Notes: generated by a model not told the origin, from the sequence alone. A stretch of 62,776 nucleotides of DNA, filler included, from Stramenopiles sp. TOSAG23-3 (GCA_900128585.1; 8 parts of 8 records of this genome joined end to end with filler, not necessarily neighbours in it); one strand, 5' to 3'. Shown: positions 30,076-41,059, counted from the first letter of the whole stretch. Numbers and translations: made by a program.

Positions 30076-32643
30076 ATGTTTCGAACTGTCTGTTCAGTGT
30101 TCGTTGTTTGGGGTGCGCTGGTCGATTCTGCTGCTCCAATCGGACCGGGTGGGCGGACTTGCTCTGCCTCTGGCTCAAATAATCGCTGTTACCTTGACTT
30201 TGTCGATGGAAAGAGTCGGCTGCTGACGCAAGGTCCTTTCGCTGTTGCCAGTAAGGACGAGTGTGCGATGTTGTGCGATCGACTCGGCCTCAGTCTCAGT
30301 GGAGTAGAAGACAGCAACCAGTGCTTTTGCGGGAGCGATTTCAACCCCAGCTCACCCCAGAAAGAAGTCCCTCTATCGGAGTGCAAAGAAATGGGCGAAG
30401 CGAACCGTCTTCTCGTGTTCCCGTACGGGTGTACTGGAAAGAAAATCCCTGCGTACCAAGGCTGCGTGACAGAAAAGGCAAAATCGTTCAAGTATTGCGA
30501 CATGTCTTTGTCCGCGGAGGACAGGGTCAACGCACTGATCGATTTGCTTACAACCGCAGAGAAGATTCGGCTTCTTGCCCCGAACCAAACGCTGGGGTCC
30601 ACTTGCAACGACCATACTGGTGGTGTTGAGAGGCTAGACGTTCCCAATTACATGTGGCTTGTCGAGACAAACACTGCAGTTGCTGCCTCTTGCATTGGTC
30701 CCAACAAGTGTGCGGTGGTCTTCAATGGGCCCTTGGGTCTTGGTGCATCGTTCAACCGGAGCGTGTGGGAGGAAAAGGGCCGTCTCATTTCGACGGAGAT
30801 GCGGGCGTTCAACAACCTTCATTGGCCAAGAGGGACCGGGCCTGAGGACTTTATTGGTGTCACCGGGTTCGGGCCAAACATAAATATTGCACGAGATCCA
30901 CGCTTTGGGAGGACGAGCGAGCTGCCAGGGGAAGACCCCTACCTAAATGGCCATTACGCAAAGCATATGGTGCTGGGAATGATGGAGAAAGACGACCAGG
31001 GTCACCCGAGAATGCTTCCATACTTGAAACATTTCACTGCCTACTCTACCGAAACAAATAGGGGGCACGATACTTACAACATTTCCATGCACGATTTCTT
31101 TGACACTTACCTTGCCCAGTACGAAATTGCGTTTACGCAAGGACACCCCGTCGGTGCGATGTGCAGCTACAATGCCGAGAATGGTTTTCCTTCGTGTGCG
31201 AACGATTACCTGCTGAACAAAGTCGTTCGTGAAATGTGGAACCAAACCGACGCGCACATAACCACCGATTGCGGCGCCGTCACGAACCTTCGGGGAGCTC
31301 CGATCAACGCCGCCACGGACCTGGATACCGTGCTCTTTACAATCCGAAATGGCACGGACTTGGAAATGGGCTCCAGCAACTGGATCGAACACCTTCCAGA
31401 CGCCGTTCGGTCGGGACAGGTCAGTGAAAAAGTCTTGGACGAAGCACTCCGAAGAGGGTTCATTCACCACTTTCGTGCCGGGCGCTTCGACGATTTGAGC
31501 TCGGTGGGTTGGTCGAAAGTTCCGGCGGCGGTAATCAATTCGACCGAGCACAGGAATATTCAATTCAGTGCAGGGCTGCAGTCAGTTGTCTTGTTAAAGA
31601 ACGACGAAAAAGGTGCGTTGCCGCTGGTTCGGGGGAAACGAATTGCCGTGGTTGGTCCTATGGGGGTGACTCGGTCAGGCCTGCTTAGTGACTACGCTGG
31701 GGATCAACAGTGCTTTGCTGCGAACGACGCCTGCATCCCGACTATCGCGGAGGCGATTTCTCGCTTGAACACTGGCGGGGTTACAAATAGTGCAGCCGGC
31801 GTGGACGTCAACTCGAACAGAACGGATGGAATCCCGGCGGCAATCGAGCTGGCACAGAACGCTGATGTTATTGTCCTTACGATGGGAATTGACAAGACCA
31901 TTGAGCACGAAGGAATCGACCGCGTGACGATCGATCTGCCCGGCCTACAAAACGACTTTGCCGAAAAAATGTACGAGGTAGCAAAGAAGGCTGGCAAGCC
32001 CTTGGTGTTAATTTTGTGCAATGGTGGCCCGTTGGCGATCGACGGGTTTGTTGAACAGCCCAATGGAATTGTCGAAGCATTCAACCTTGGTGGAGCTGGA
32101 TCGTATCCTCTAGCGTCACTACTGTTCGGTGACGCCAACAAATGGGGGAAGCTGCCGTACACGATCTATCCAAAGGACTACGTGAAAAAACAGTCAATGG
32201 TCAACTACGACATGGCGAAGTACCCGGGCAGAACCTACAAGTATTACCAAGAAAAGCCCGTGTTTTCTTTTGGCCATGGTTTGTCGTACACCACTTTCCA
32301 GCTTACGTGCACAAATAAGGAAAACAAAGACTCTATCATAGTAGCCTGCAATGTTGAAAACGTAGGGGGCATGGGCGGGGACGAGGTCTTGATGGTGTTT
32401 CACAGTGCCGGGGAAGACGTTCGTGACAAGGCGAGACACCCTGTGCCCATCAAGCAGCTAATCGACTTTCAGCGGGTCACGGTTTCGCACGGAACTACAG
32501 CGAGCGTCACTTTCAGCGTTGATAAATCCACAGGATTCGCGCTAGTCAACGAAGACGGACAGAAAACATTGTACAAGGGTCACCATGATTTAATAATCTC
32601 GCGTGGTCATGGAACTGATGTGAAATTTTCGTTTGAACTGTAA
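30076..32643 (+). CDS. Secreted GH3 beta-xylosidase-like enzyme with N-terminal WSC domain
   Basis: Signal peptide, WSC (C...C...C...GVE...QCFCG), PNINIARDPRFGR..E.PGEDP, KHF, MCSYN, ITTDCGAV, VVLLKND, GRTYKYY and an Fn3-like tail. Confidence 0.93.
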   Translation: MFRTVCSVFVVWGALVDSAAPIGPGGRTCSASGSNNRCYLDFVDGKSRLLTQGPFAVASKDECAMLCDRLGLSLSGVEDSNQCFCGSDFNPSSPQKEVPLSECKEMGEANRLLVFPYGCTGKKIPAYQGCVTEKAKSFKYCDMSLSAEDRVNALIDLLTTAEKIRLLAPNQTLGSTCNDHTGGVERLDVPNYMWLVETNTAVAASCIGPNKCAVVFNGPLGLGASFNRSVWEEKGRLISTEMRAFNNLHWPRGTGPEDFIGVTGFGPNINIARDPRFGRTSELPGEDPYLNGHYAKHMVLGMMEKDDQGHPRMLPYLKHFTAYSTETNRGHDTYNISMHDFFDTYLAQYEIAFTQGHPVGAMCSYNAENGFPSCANDYLLNKVVREMWNQTDAHITTDCGAVTNLRGAPINAATDLDTVLFTIRNGTDLEMGSSNWIEHLPDAVRSGQVSEKVLDEALRRGFIHHFRAGRFDDLSSVGWSKVPAAVINSTEHRNIQFSAGLQSVVLLKNDEKGALPLVRGKRIAVVGPMGVTRSGLLSDYAGDQQCFAANDACIPTIAEAISRLNTGGVTNSAAGVDVNSNRTDGIPAAIELAQNADVIVLTMGIDKTIEHEGIDRVTIDLPGLQNDFAEKMYEVAKKAGKPLVLILCNGGPLAIDGFVEQPNGIVEAFNLGGAGSYPLASLLFGDANKWGKLPYTIYPKDYVKKQSMVNYDMAKYPGRTYKYYQEKPVFSFGHGLSYTTFQLTCTNKENKDSIIVACNVENVGGMGGDEVLMVFHSAGEDVRDKARHPVPIKQLIDFQRVTVSHGTTASVTFSVDKSTGFALVNEDGQKTLYKGHHDLIISRGHGTDVKFSFEL

Positions 32644-33098
32644 TGTTTGGATAGATTTCGAATTCGAAGGTCTTCAATTATAATGTGTATACCTTGAAGT
32701 ATTTTCTTTATATACTTACTATACCCACCCAACAATGAACAAAACAAATGCACAGCATCGAGGACTCCTCGAATATTACATTATTAGTCCTATTAGCTAT
32801 AGCTACTACTATTGTATACTTTTCTCCCGTGTTGTCGTGTGTGTTGTGTTCCTCCCTCTTTTTCTATATAATTATTATCTTCTTCTTCTTCTTTCTCAAA
32901 AAAAAAAAAACACAAAAAAAAAACTCTTTTTTTTTTCTTTTGTTTATATTATAACGAATAATCCCATATATGCCTAAATCCTAAAAATACGAATAATTGA
33001 TCTATTTCTCATTCCTCTCCACACAAGAAAAGAACCGGCATGGTGGTCTAAATTGATGCGGGGTCTAGTGGTTGTTGAAGTCGTTTGTTGGCAATACT

Positions 33099-34664
33099 AT
33101 GGCGACTGCGTTTCTCCACGCGATTGTGTTTCTGGGGTTTCTGCTTCACATTTCGTTTTCATCATGGACCGGTTGCCATGAAAGAATCATGGAGATGAAT
33201 CGCAAAGAAACCGTTGAAGGTTTCTTTAGTTTGGACGAATATTGCAATTCGACAAACGTAAACTCGATGGATGAAGCGGGGAGAACGCCCCTAGGTATTG
33301 CCAGTATTTTGCTGGAAACTAAAGCGATTGAATTTTTGTTGCAACGGGGAGATGTTAGCTTGGAATTGGTCAGTGGGAAATCCTTAGGGGTAAGTAGCGA
33401 AGGCTCGTGCTTGTTTTTGAAAACTATGCTGGACATTTTGAGGCAATACAGGGTGTGGGCCGTGAAGAAGATTCTAAACCGCAATGGGCAAAACCCCATT
33501 TTTCAGAACAAAATCCACAAGAGAGCGCATGCTTTGTGGCAATCGAGCGGTCTATCGAAGATTGTGGTCTATGGCAAAAAAATATACAACCGAGTATCTA
33601 TGAACGACGTTGAAGTGGCCGTTGCCCCAAGAACCAGAGCATTTTTGCGGTCGATTCTGTCCTACCTGAAGCCTGGTTACATAAATCGAAGGGATAGGTT
33701 AAACCGTACGGCGATGCACTATGCGATGCTTATGAACAATCGTATAGCTGCAGAATTGTTCGAAGAATTTGGGGCCGAAACGATCGCGCCGGACGTCTTT
33801 GGAAATGCCCCCGACGATTACACTTATTGCCAACCGCCCCCCACACAGATGGGACAGGAAGATCGGAGAAGGTACGAAGACCAGGCCGAGGGTAAAGAAC
33901 CGTCCGACTCGTGGTCAACAGAGGTGCTCTCGGAGTTTGATGCCGACGCTTGCAACATAACCCAGGTTGACATGTCTCGTGGTGATTTCAACAAGAGCTT
34001 TTTCTTCCACCACTTTATTGTCCACCAACGACCGCTCATTTTGCGCAATGTTAATTTGTCCGCGTGGGCCGCTAAAGAACGATGGAAAAAGGGAAACTTG
34101 TTGCAAAACGAAACCTACAGCGGCATGGAGTCTTACCTGGGGAAAATTCCCTACTCGCAATTGTACGGCGGTGACCAACCCGTCGGTCCTGTCTCCATGA
34201 AACAGTTCATTGAGTACATGTCCCAAACCCGTTCAATGGAAGAAGTCCCTTTCTACTGGTTCCGGGCGATCCACAACCAGAGCGATCCCATCGTCGATGA
34301 TATCCATCCGAAGCCCTCGTTTTTAGACTCTAGCCGTTTCGAAGCGACCCCTTCGTACTGGCAACATTTTATGGGAGGCGCCGCGTCTGGGTCTTCCGCC
34401 CACCTTCACGATAGCGCTTGGAACGCGCTGCTGTACGGGAAAAAACGCTGGTTCGTTTGGGCCCCTGAACGCTCGTACACGAGCAACATGCCACCGCTGG
34501 AATGGCTTAAGTATTCGAATTGGACAGAGACCGCGAATGCTTACTTTTGCACCCAAAACAGTAACGATGTTGTCCTCGTCCCTTCGGACTTTTCCCATGC
34601 AACGTTGAACATTATGGAATCCGTCGGCGTAGCGGGAGAGTTCAAAATAAACATATTGCGATAG
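33099..34664 (+). CDS. Secreted ankyrin plus JmjC (JMJD8-like, HxH...H) protein
   Basis: Signal peptide, GRTPLGIA and RTAMHYA ankyrins, RPLILR, GSSAHLHDSAWNALLYGKKRW and VPSDFSHATLN. Confidence 0.85.
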   Translation: MATAFLHAIVFLGFLLHISFSSWTGCHERIMEMNRKETVEGFFSLDEYCNSTNVNSMDEAGRTPLGIASILLETKAIEFLLQRGDVSLELVSGKSLGVSSEGSCLFLKTMLDILRQYRVWAVKKILNRNGQNPIFQNKIHKRAHALWQSSGLSKIVVYGKKIYNRVSMNDVEVAVAPRTRAFLRSILSYLKPGYINRRDRLNRTAMHYAMLMNNRIAAELFEEFGAETIAPDVFGNAPDDYTYCQPPPTQMGQEDRRRYEDQAEGKEPSDSWSTEVLSEFDADACNITQVDMSRGDFNKSFFFHHFIVHQRPLILRNVNLSAWAAKERWKKGNLLQNETYSGMESYLGKIPYSQLYGGDQPVGPVSMKQFIEYMSQTRSMEEVPFYWFRAIHNQSDPIVDDIHPKPSFLDSSRFEATPSYWQHFMGGAASGSSAHLHDSAWNALLYGKKRWFVWAPERSYTSNMPPLEWLKYSNWTETANAYFCTQNSNDVVLVPSDFSHATLNIMESVGVAGEFKINILR

Positions 34665-34825
34665 TAGAGGGGTAGAGAGAATGCGTACAACTATAAGTTT
34701 TACGTACACTAAATCTCCTAACCCAATTGAAGCAAACTTTTTGGTTTCATATATATTTTATCATATTGTAGCTATATATAAGAAAACGAAATGAACAAAT
34801 AATGTAGACTATACTATATAATATT

Positions 34826-35247
34826 TAGAAGAAAAAAAGAAGAAGAAAAAAGAAGAAGAAGAAGAAGAAGAAGAAGAAGAAGAAGAAGAAGAAGAAGAAG
34901 AAGAAGAAGAAGAAGGAAGAAGAAGAAGAAGAAGAAGAAGAAGAAGAAGAAAGAAAAAGGAAGAAGAAGAAGAAGAAGAAGAAGAAGAAAGAAGAAGAAA
35001 GAGGAAGGAAGAAGAAGAAGAAGAAGAAGAAGAAGGAAGAAGGAAGAAGAAGAAGAAGAAGAAGAAGAAGAAGGAAAAAAAAAGAAGAAGAAGAAGAAGA
35101 AGAAGAAGAAGGAAAAAAAAAGAAGAAGAAGGAAAAAAAAAGAAGAAGAAATAAAGAGAAGAAAAAAAAAGAAGAAGAAGAAGAAGAAGAAGAAGAACGA
35201 AGGAAGCAAGCAAGAGAGAAAAGAAAAAAACGAGAAAAAAAAAGAAG
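34826..35247. repeat. (GAA)n-rich purine microsatellite
   Basis: About 420 nt of almost pure A/G; source of the poly-F/L/S ORFs. Confidence 0.97.
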
Positions 35248-35428
35248 GTACCGCACTGTATTCGTTTAAAATTAGAATCGTTGCGTACAGTTCGTTGTAG
35301 ATTGGTACAAAGTCTCCGTTGCTCTTTCATTTTTGCAATGCGTATTCTGCGAGTTACAGCCAAGGAACAGCCATTATTATACAAATTACTTTTGTACAGC
35401 GGACGAACAACGACGGTCAACTCCCGAT

Positions 35429-35874
35429 ATGGTGTCCGGCAAGTCCATTTTCATTGCGGTATTGCTCTCGTGTATCCTACCGAAAGTCGCCCAGGGCACG
35501 GGAGACCCCCCGTTGGGTGGAATGGGAGTGCCGGGCGATAATTACCAGAATTCAGTCGAAAACAGTAGAGGGTCCATGGAAGATGCGCTCCGCCAAGTCG
35601 TCCAGGATGACAGTATGAACAACGCTGCAGGGGAGGACGAGATCCAAAAAGAACTGGTTTCCACGCAAGAACCAAATAGACCTGGGTCGGGTTTGGGGCA
35701 AGTAAAAAGCAGCGATCCGACGGTGGACGACTCGATTTTGAAGAACAAGGATACGGGGAATAGGGAGATAATGAAAGAGCAGATGTGGGAGAAGGCGCAG
35801 CAGCCAGCGGCGGCCGTAATGGCAGCGAAGAAATTATTTACAAAGACGAGCGGGCAGGGAGCGGGACGGGCGAA
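35429..35874 (+). CDS. Secreted hypothetical protein (3' end lost in N gap)
   Basis: MVSGKSIFIAVLLSCILPKVAQG signal peptide; frame stays open into the gap. Confidence 0.6.
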
Positions 35875-36047
35875 NNNNNNNNNNNNNNNNNNNNNNNNNN
35901 NNNNNNNNNNNNNNNNNNNNNNNNNNNNNNNNNNNNNNNNNNNNNNNNNNNNNNNNNNNNNNNNNNNNNNNNNNNNNNNNNNNNNNNNNNNNNNNNNNNN
36001 NNNNNNNNNNNNNNNNNNNNNNNNNNNNNNNNNNNNNNNNNNNNNNN
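35875..36047. other. Scaffold gap (173 N, no linker)
   Basis: N run without the TTAATTAATTAA core. Confidence 0.98.
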
Positions 36048-36210
36048 TTTCCTTTTATATTATTTACGAAGAAAAGAAAAGCATTTTTAAATAATATATA
36101 ATAATATATTCATTTAACGCGCGCGTACATTGTTAATATTTTTTTTCAGAGACACAGAAAACTATTTTCGTAAAAAATGAAGCTAATAAAAACTATGTTT
36201 TCAGTATAAT

Positions 36211-36278
36211 AGAGATCAGTTCGCAGTACATTAATTTTAATTAACATACTTAAATAACACCCAATTTTCTTGTTTTTA
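36211..36278 (-). repeat. Dispersed element copy
   Basis: Core motif at 36247-36278 plus the AGTTCGCAGTACAT module. Confidence 0.85.
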
Positions 36279-36326
36279 TATTTTATAGACTTTTTAGGGA
36301 CGCCGTTCGGCAAGATGGACACAAGT

Positions 36327-37348
36327 TCACAGCTTGCACAGTGCCTGCTGACCTTCCCCTTGCAAACTGGCCAAAAACATTCCAAGGGGCCATTGAACAC
36401 GCAGGACGTTATGTTTCGATCCGATCTCAAAACTTGTTGAAAAATAGAATAAACAACTTCCGGAAAACATTTGAAGCAGGTTGTTGACTAGTATTGTGAC
36501 CGGCTGCCGGGCTTCTGAAAACCAGCTGATTGACGATGGGGTTCGCCCGGCCTTCCCGCCACCGCTCGTTTCTTCTGCCAGCCTGACCTTGTTGTCCTTT
36601 CCTCGCACCAAAGACAGCGTTTGGAAATGCTGCGTTATCAACTGAACGGCCTCTCGCTTGGGGACAAGCCGGTCGGCGAGGCCGGCTTCCTTCCCAATGG
36701 ACCCCGCTTCCGAGGGGCATTGTCCAGGATCAGCTTCCACATGTAATTTTCGTAAAACCTCAGATTTCCCCCATTCTCCCGCGCCTTTGCGATCGCACCG
36801 ATCAGGTTCGTGTCCAGCGACATGTACCTGTCCTCTCCCGAATCCCCGTCGGTGTAGCACACCTGTGAAGAGCTGCCCCCCGACGAGAGCACGCCGACCC
36901 TCCCGATGCCCTTTCGCCCGCCCGTCAACCTTGGCACGTTTCCGGGAAGAGCGTACTGTGCCAAGTATCGCACTGCCATCAGCTCGAACTTGGCTTCCTC
37001 CTCTCCGCTGAGTTGGACAAGGAGGGCGTCCGGAACGTTCGCCTTCAAAACTTGCCGAAACCGTGAGAGCTGAGGGGCCGACACGATACCCTCCCGCAAC
37101 GCTTTTCGAAGGCCACCAGTCGCGCCTATAATAACCCCCGTTATGGTCGCGCTGTCCTCCACCAACACCTCCTTCAGTTTACTCACCCATTCTAAATGCT
37201 CCCCTTTCGACAAGGACTGCGCCAGCGTCGGAATGATACCCGAAGAAATGTACCGGTCCTCGTGAACGAAACCGTCCTCATGAACAGAGTACACGGACGC
37301 CCTGGACGATCCTGAACCGCAGTCGACTATGCATATTCTTTTTCGCAT
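36327..37348 (-). pseudogene. GDA1/CD39-like NTPDase (apyrase) with an internal frameshift near 36705
   Basis: ACR1 VDCGSGSSRASVY, ACR2 GATGGLR, ACR3 LSGEEEA and ACR4 SSGGSSSQV lie in one frame. ACR5-like VQWPLGMFL lies in another frame ending at 36327. Confidence 0.7.
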
Positions 37349-37456
37349 GATAACGATCAGCACCGTTCCGACCAATAAAGGACACCGTCCTATTCTATGT
37401 GTTTAAATTCTTTCGTCGGGCGAACAAAAAACAACTCAGAGCAATACTACTGAGTT

Positions 37457-37499
37457 GACTGGAAAAGTTTCGACTGGAAAAAAGTTCGACTGGAAAAGT
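37457..37499. repeat. Three short GACTGGAAAA(AA)GT repeats upstream of the NTPDase
   Basis: Directly visible. Confidence 0.75.
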
Positions 37500-37586
37500 G
37501 CGGCGGGGCTCGTCGTGACTTGGTTGTGAGTAGTAAGAAGTAGTATGATATTATAGTCTCGTCTAATATATACACAGCACTGTGTG

Positions 37587-37722
37587 GAGAAGAAAAAGAA
37601 GAAGAAAGAAGAAGATGATAGAAGAAGAAAGAAGAAGAAAGAAGAAGAAAGAAGAAGAAAGAAGAAGAAAGAAGAAGAAAGAAGAAGAAAGAAGAAGAGA
37701 AAGAAGAAGAAAGAAGAAGAAG
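37587..37722. repeat. (GAAGAAGAAA)n minisatellite
   Basis: 10-bp unit, perfect over 37621-37690. Confidence 0.95.
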
Positions 37723-37844
37723 TGTTGTATCATTATACTACGGACTATGTTTAATTAATTAAAACTTGGAGTACAAGGCTACGAGGAATACATGAAAATG
37801 ATATATATTATAAAAACCAAATTATAATACACATATATTATATG

Positions 37845-37915
37845 AGAGATAAGTTCGCAGTACATGACCTGAAGATGTTTAAAAATTACTTAAATAACAG
37901 CCAATTTTTTGTTTT
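37845..37915 (-). repeat. Dispersed element copy abutting the truncated transporter
   Basis: Core motif at 37885-37915 plus GAGATAAGTTCGCAGTACATGA. Confidence 0.87.
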
Positions 37916-37936
37916 GTTGTTCCTTCTCTTTCTATA

Positions 37937-38698
37937 TTAAGATAAAGCGTAGACTAGAAGAACGTTCTCCGGGAACCCCAAACTTCTTGTCCAATTTATG
38001 ACCATTGGCATGCCTATCAGTACCAGCGCTGTGTTGGATAGCATTGACGACATTACCGAAACTGCAAGGGCCATTCGAAGAAAGCTGACGTACACAGATC
38101 GGCTTCTTCCTAGAACCCGGTTCAGAATGGATTCTATAACTCCTAAGTCGTCGATGACCCGGCAGAAAGGCTGGAAGAGCCCAACGGCAAGGATTGACGG
38201 GCTGCCGATACCACTTACTACCACCTCGTTCGTGCTAAGTTGAAAGATCAGGGTGTACGCAGTAAGAGCAAGAAACGATTGGCACACCGGGTACTCCATG
38301 ATCAGGGCCAAAAGCATTGACAGGATTCCAAACAGTGCAAGCCAAGACTGATATGAAAACTCCGGTGAATTTATTTCGAGTACAGCGCAAATTAGGCACA
38401 ACAAAAAGAGTATGGTCATACAAACCGCAAGCTTGGCGTTCTCTTTTATATTCACTGCTGTAGTTCTCTGTCTACGAAAATTTGTGACATCGATATTGCC
38501 ATCGTATTTACGAAACCCCTGTTTCCGTTTTACGGTGTTGCTTCCCTTCCGTTCGTGTACCGTCAGAAGAGAGGAGTGATCTTTCTTTGCCATAGCGTCC
38601 TTCGTGGAGTGGCCAGCAATAGCTCTCAATTCGATTTGTTTGACCAATAAGCGTGGTGATGTTCTGCCGGACGTCCGCAAACCGCTGTTCTGTATCAT
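37937..38698 (-). pseudogene. SLC13/CitMHS-type (SAC1/SLT-like) transporter, N-terminal fragment only
   Basis: TM helices, SGIGSPSILAV and MSSMLSNTALVLIGMPMVINW. The ORF stops where LxxPLSxAxxLGG is expected. Confidence 0.6.
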
Positions 38699-39410
38699 CG
38701 CGTGGTAGTAGCCGGGCCACGAAAAAATGAATTATGAATACTTTGAAGTGGAAAATAAAATGGTAATTTTAGACACTCCTTTTTTTAAAACCTGTTACTA
38801 CAAGTATTCAATGCCGGCGATCCTTTTTCTTTTGCAAATTATTAAAACCCTTCATGCAAGAACAGTAATTGGTCTACGTATATATATTAATATTTCTCGC
38901 AATTCTATAACTTACTCTAATTTTTTCTAAGGAGCTCTCTTATTTACGGCCGCAAAGAACATCTATATAATTTAATAGTCAGTCGTCGTCTGTCTATTTT
39001 GTATTATTACTCCTCATATTTATTGGATTTGATATTTGATGAAATTGCCTGTACTTTTTCACTAGGCGCAAATGTCCAAGCACAGAGCCCCGACTAACTT
39101 TTTTTGGAGAAAGTGCTAGATAGCGTGGCACAGGCGTTTATTATTTTTTTCTTACTATACAAATATATATAGGTAAATATTATAAGTACAATATTAAAAG
39201 TTTTTGCGATAAATGCGAGTTGTATTTGTAATACTGTATTTACCTATATAAATCCGTATAATAAAAAATGCCCCCAAAAAAGCCAAGTTAGGGTTACCGC
39301 TCTCTCGAAATGCATCTTCTCCTATGGATGTCACACTGTCATTATAATACTTGGTATGGTTTATCGATTTAAGTTCTCACGCTGCTGATCCAATGTACAT
39401 TTTAAAATTA

Positions 39411-39504
39411 TACTAGACTCGTCAAAGAAGTGTTCGATATGTTTATTATGTGACTAAATTACTAGACTCGTCAAAGAAGTGTTCGATATGTTTATTACGT
39501 GACT
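39411..39504. repeat. 49-bp tandem duplication
   Basis: TACTAGACTCGTCAAAGAAGTGTTCGATATGTTTATTAYGTGACT occurs twice. Confidence 0.92.
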
Positions 39505-39612
39505 GACCCGAGGGCATCAGGAGTTGTCATATTATACAACCAACCACCAGAAGAACCAGGTTCGAGGCAAAGCAAAGCCACCACACACCATACTACACCA
39601 ACAACAAAAAGT

Positions 39613-39712
39613 NNNNNNNNNNNNNNNNNNNNNNNNNNNNNNNNNNNNNNNNNNNNTTAATTAATTAANNNNNNNNNNNNNNNNNNNNNNNNNNNNNNNN
39701 NNNNNNNNNNNN
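39613..39712. other. Artificial contig linker
   Basis: N44-TTAATTAATTAA-N44. Confidence 0.99.
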
Positions 39713-40042
39713 CCTAAACCATTTACTAAGTTGGCAAACACCCCCCTCCCCCCTCCCCTACCTACCAAATGATGGAAAATAACACAACTCTATCTCCATA
39801 ACATTACATGTCCAGTGTGATGTGTGCAATATGGGAATTCAATAGAAGAACAGAATTCGCGAGAGAAATATTACCTGACAAAATAGAAGAAGTTACAGGT
39901 CTGTCAATTGTATATCATCGTCAGCTCGGTGTACACTGGTCTTGCGGCGGCAGTTTAACCAAGCAGAGGGGGGAAACGAAACTAGTTTAATCAACGCACG
40001 CATTCAATAGAATAGGAGGGGAGTGCAATCTCATCGGCTCTG

Positions 40043-41059
40043 ATGCGAGCTCCGGGCGTGGTATGGCTGATCGTCTGTGTAAGTGTATTGCTAGTTCAAT
40101 CGGCGATGGCGAAATATCAAAACCACTACAAAGTGCTTCAGGTGCCGAATAGTGCAACGACCACGGAAATAAAAAAAGCTTATCGAAAAATGTCGCGAGA
40201 GTACCACCCGGACAAGCACAGTGGAAAAACAAAGGCGGAAATCGAAGAAGCTACCCTAAAATTTATGCAAATATCCAAAGCCCACGAAATCCTCATAGAC
40301 ACCAACAAGAGGGCAATATTCGACGAAGACCTGGAGTTAGGTCTCGAGCAAGATGACGACGACCTTCCTGGCGGGGTTGGTAATATTTTTGAAAGGGAGC
40401 GTCGCGAACGCATGCGCCATCGGGCCAAGCAGAAGGCGGGATTTTTTGGAAAGTTTGACGGTATCCTTTCGTACTTCCTTCCCTTGTACTTTATTTACAA
40501 CCTGTTCGGTGCCGTGCGTCGGGGTGGTATGGCAGGGGCAGGTTCCGGGGGGGTGTTTGCCAACTTAGTAAATGGTTTAGGACTCGGTTCGATCTTAGGG
40601 CGCTTTGTCGATACCAACAATGGGCCAACCAATGCCAACCCGGCCAGCGGTGGGAATCCTGGGCCTGCATGCCTCCCTGCGGGCACACGCCTGCAGGTCC
40701 ACTCCCTTGTCAGCAAGCCCGAACTGAACGGGGCCATGGGCACTATTGTCAGCAATAAGTACGATGGGGCAAAACAGTTCGTACGGTACAATGTAAACAT
40801 CCCGAAAAGCAGCGGAGGGAAAAGCACATTGCTGGCCCTCAAGCCATCGAATTTGCGCACGGAAACGTTCAAACCGAGCGACTACGTGACTGTGGTGGGC
40901 CTGGTCAATGCCAAACAGCACAATGGAAAAATAGGGACCGTTGTAAGTTTTAACGAACAGAAAAAACGGTACAACATCACTCTTGACAATTCAACAAATC
41001 ACCAAACATTGGCGTTGAAGTATGAAAATTTAGCGTTGGCATTGCCACGTACAACATGA
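40043..41059 (+). CDS. DnaJ-domain protein with signal peptide, TM segment and two C-terminal SH3-like repeats
   Basis: HYKVL...EIKKAYRKMSREYHPDK J-domain, and two V.GL....xNG..GT.V...RY.V...LALK..NL repeats. Confidence 0.87.
   Translation: MRAPGVVWLIVCVSVLLVQSAMAKYQNHYKVLQVPNSATTTEIKKAYRKMSREYHPDKHSGKTKAEIEEATLKFMQISKAHEILIDTNKRAIFDEDLELGLEQDDDDLPGGVGNIFERERRERMRHRAKQKAGFFGKFDGILSYFLPLYFIYNLFGAVRRGGMAGAGSGGVFANLVNGLGLGSILGRFVDTNNGPTNANPASGGNPGPACLPAGTRLQVHSLVSKPELNGAMGTIVSNKYDGAKQFVRYNVNIPKSSGGKSTLLALKPSNLRTETFKPSDYVTVVGLVNAKQHNGKIGTVVSFNEQKKRYNITLDNSTNHQTLALKYENLALALPRTT

Noticed and set aside
34809-35420. Poly-F/L/S ORFs here and at 6178-6492
   Set aside because: They are translations of microsatellites.
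14400-36710. 14-, 16- and 17-nt GT..AG micro-introns that would repair the frameshifts at ~14415, ~15115 and ~36695
   Set aside because: Such pairs are easy to find by chance, lack donor and branch consensus, vary in length, and would remove more sequence where homology suggests some is already missing. cDNA would settle it.
39713-39720. CCTAAACC at a contig start as a possible telomere repeat
   Set aside because: Single unit with no array.
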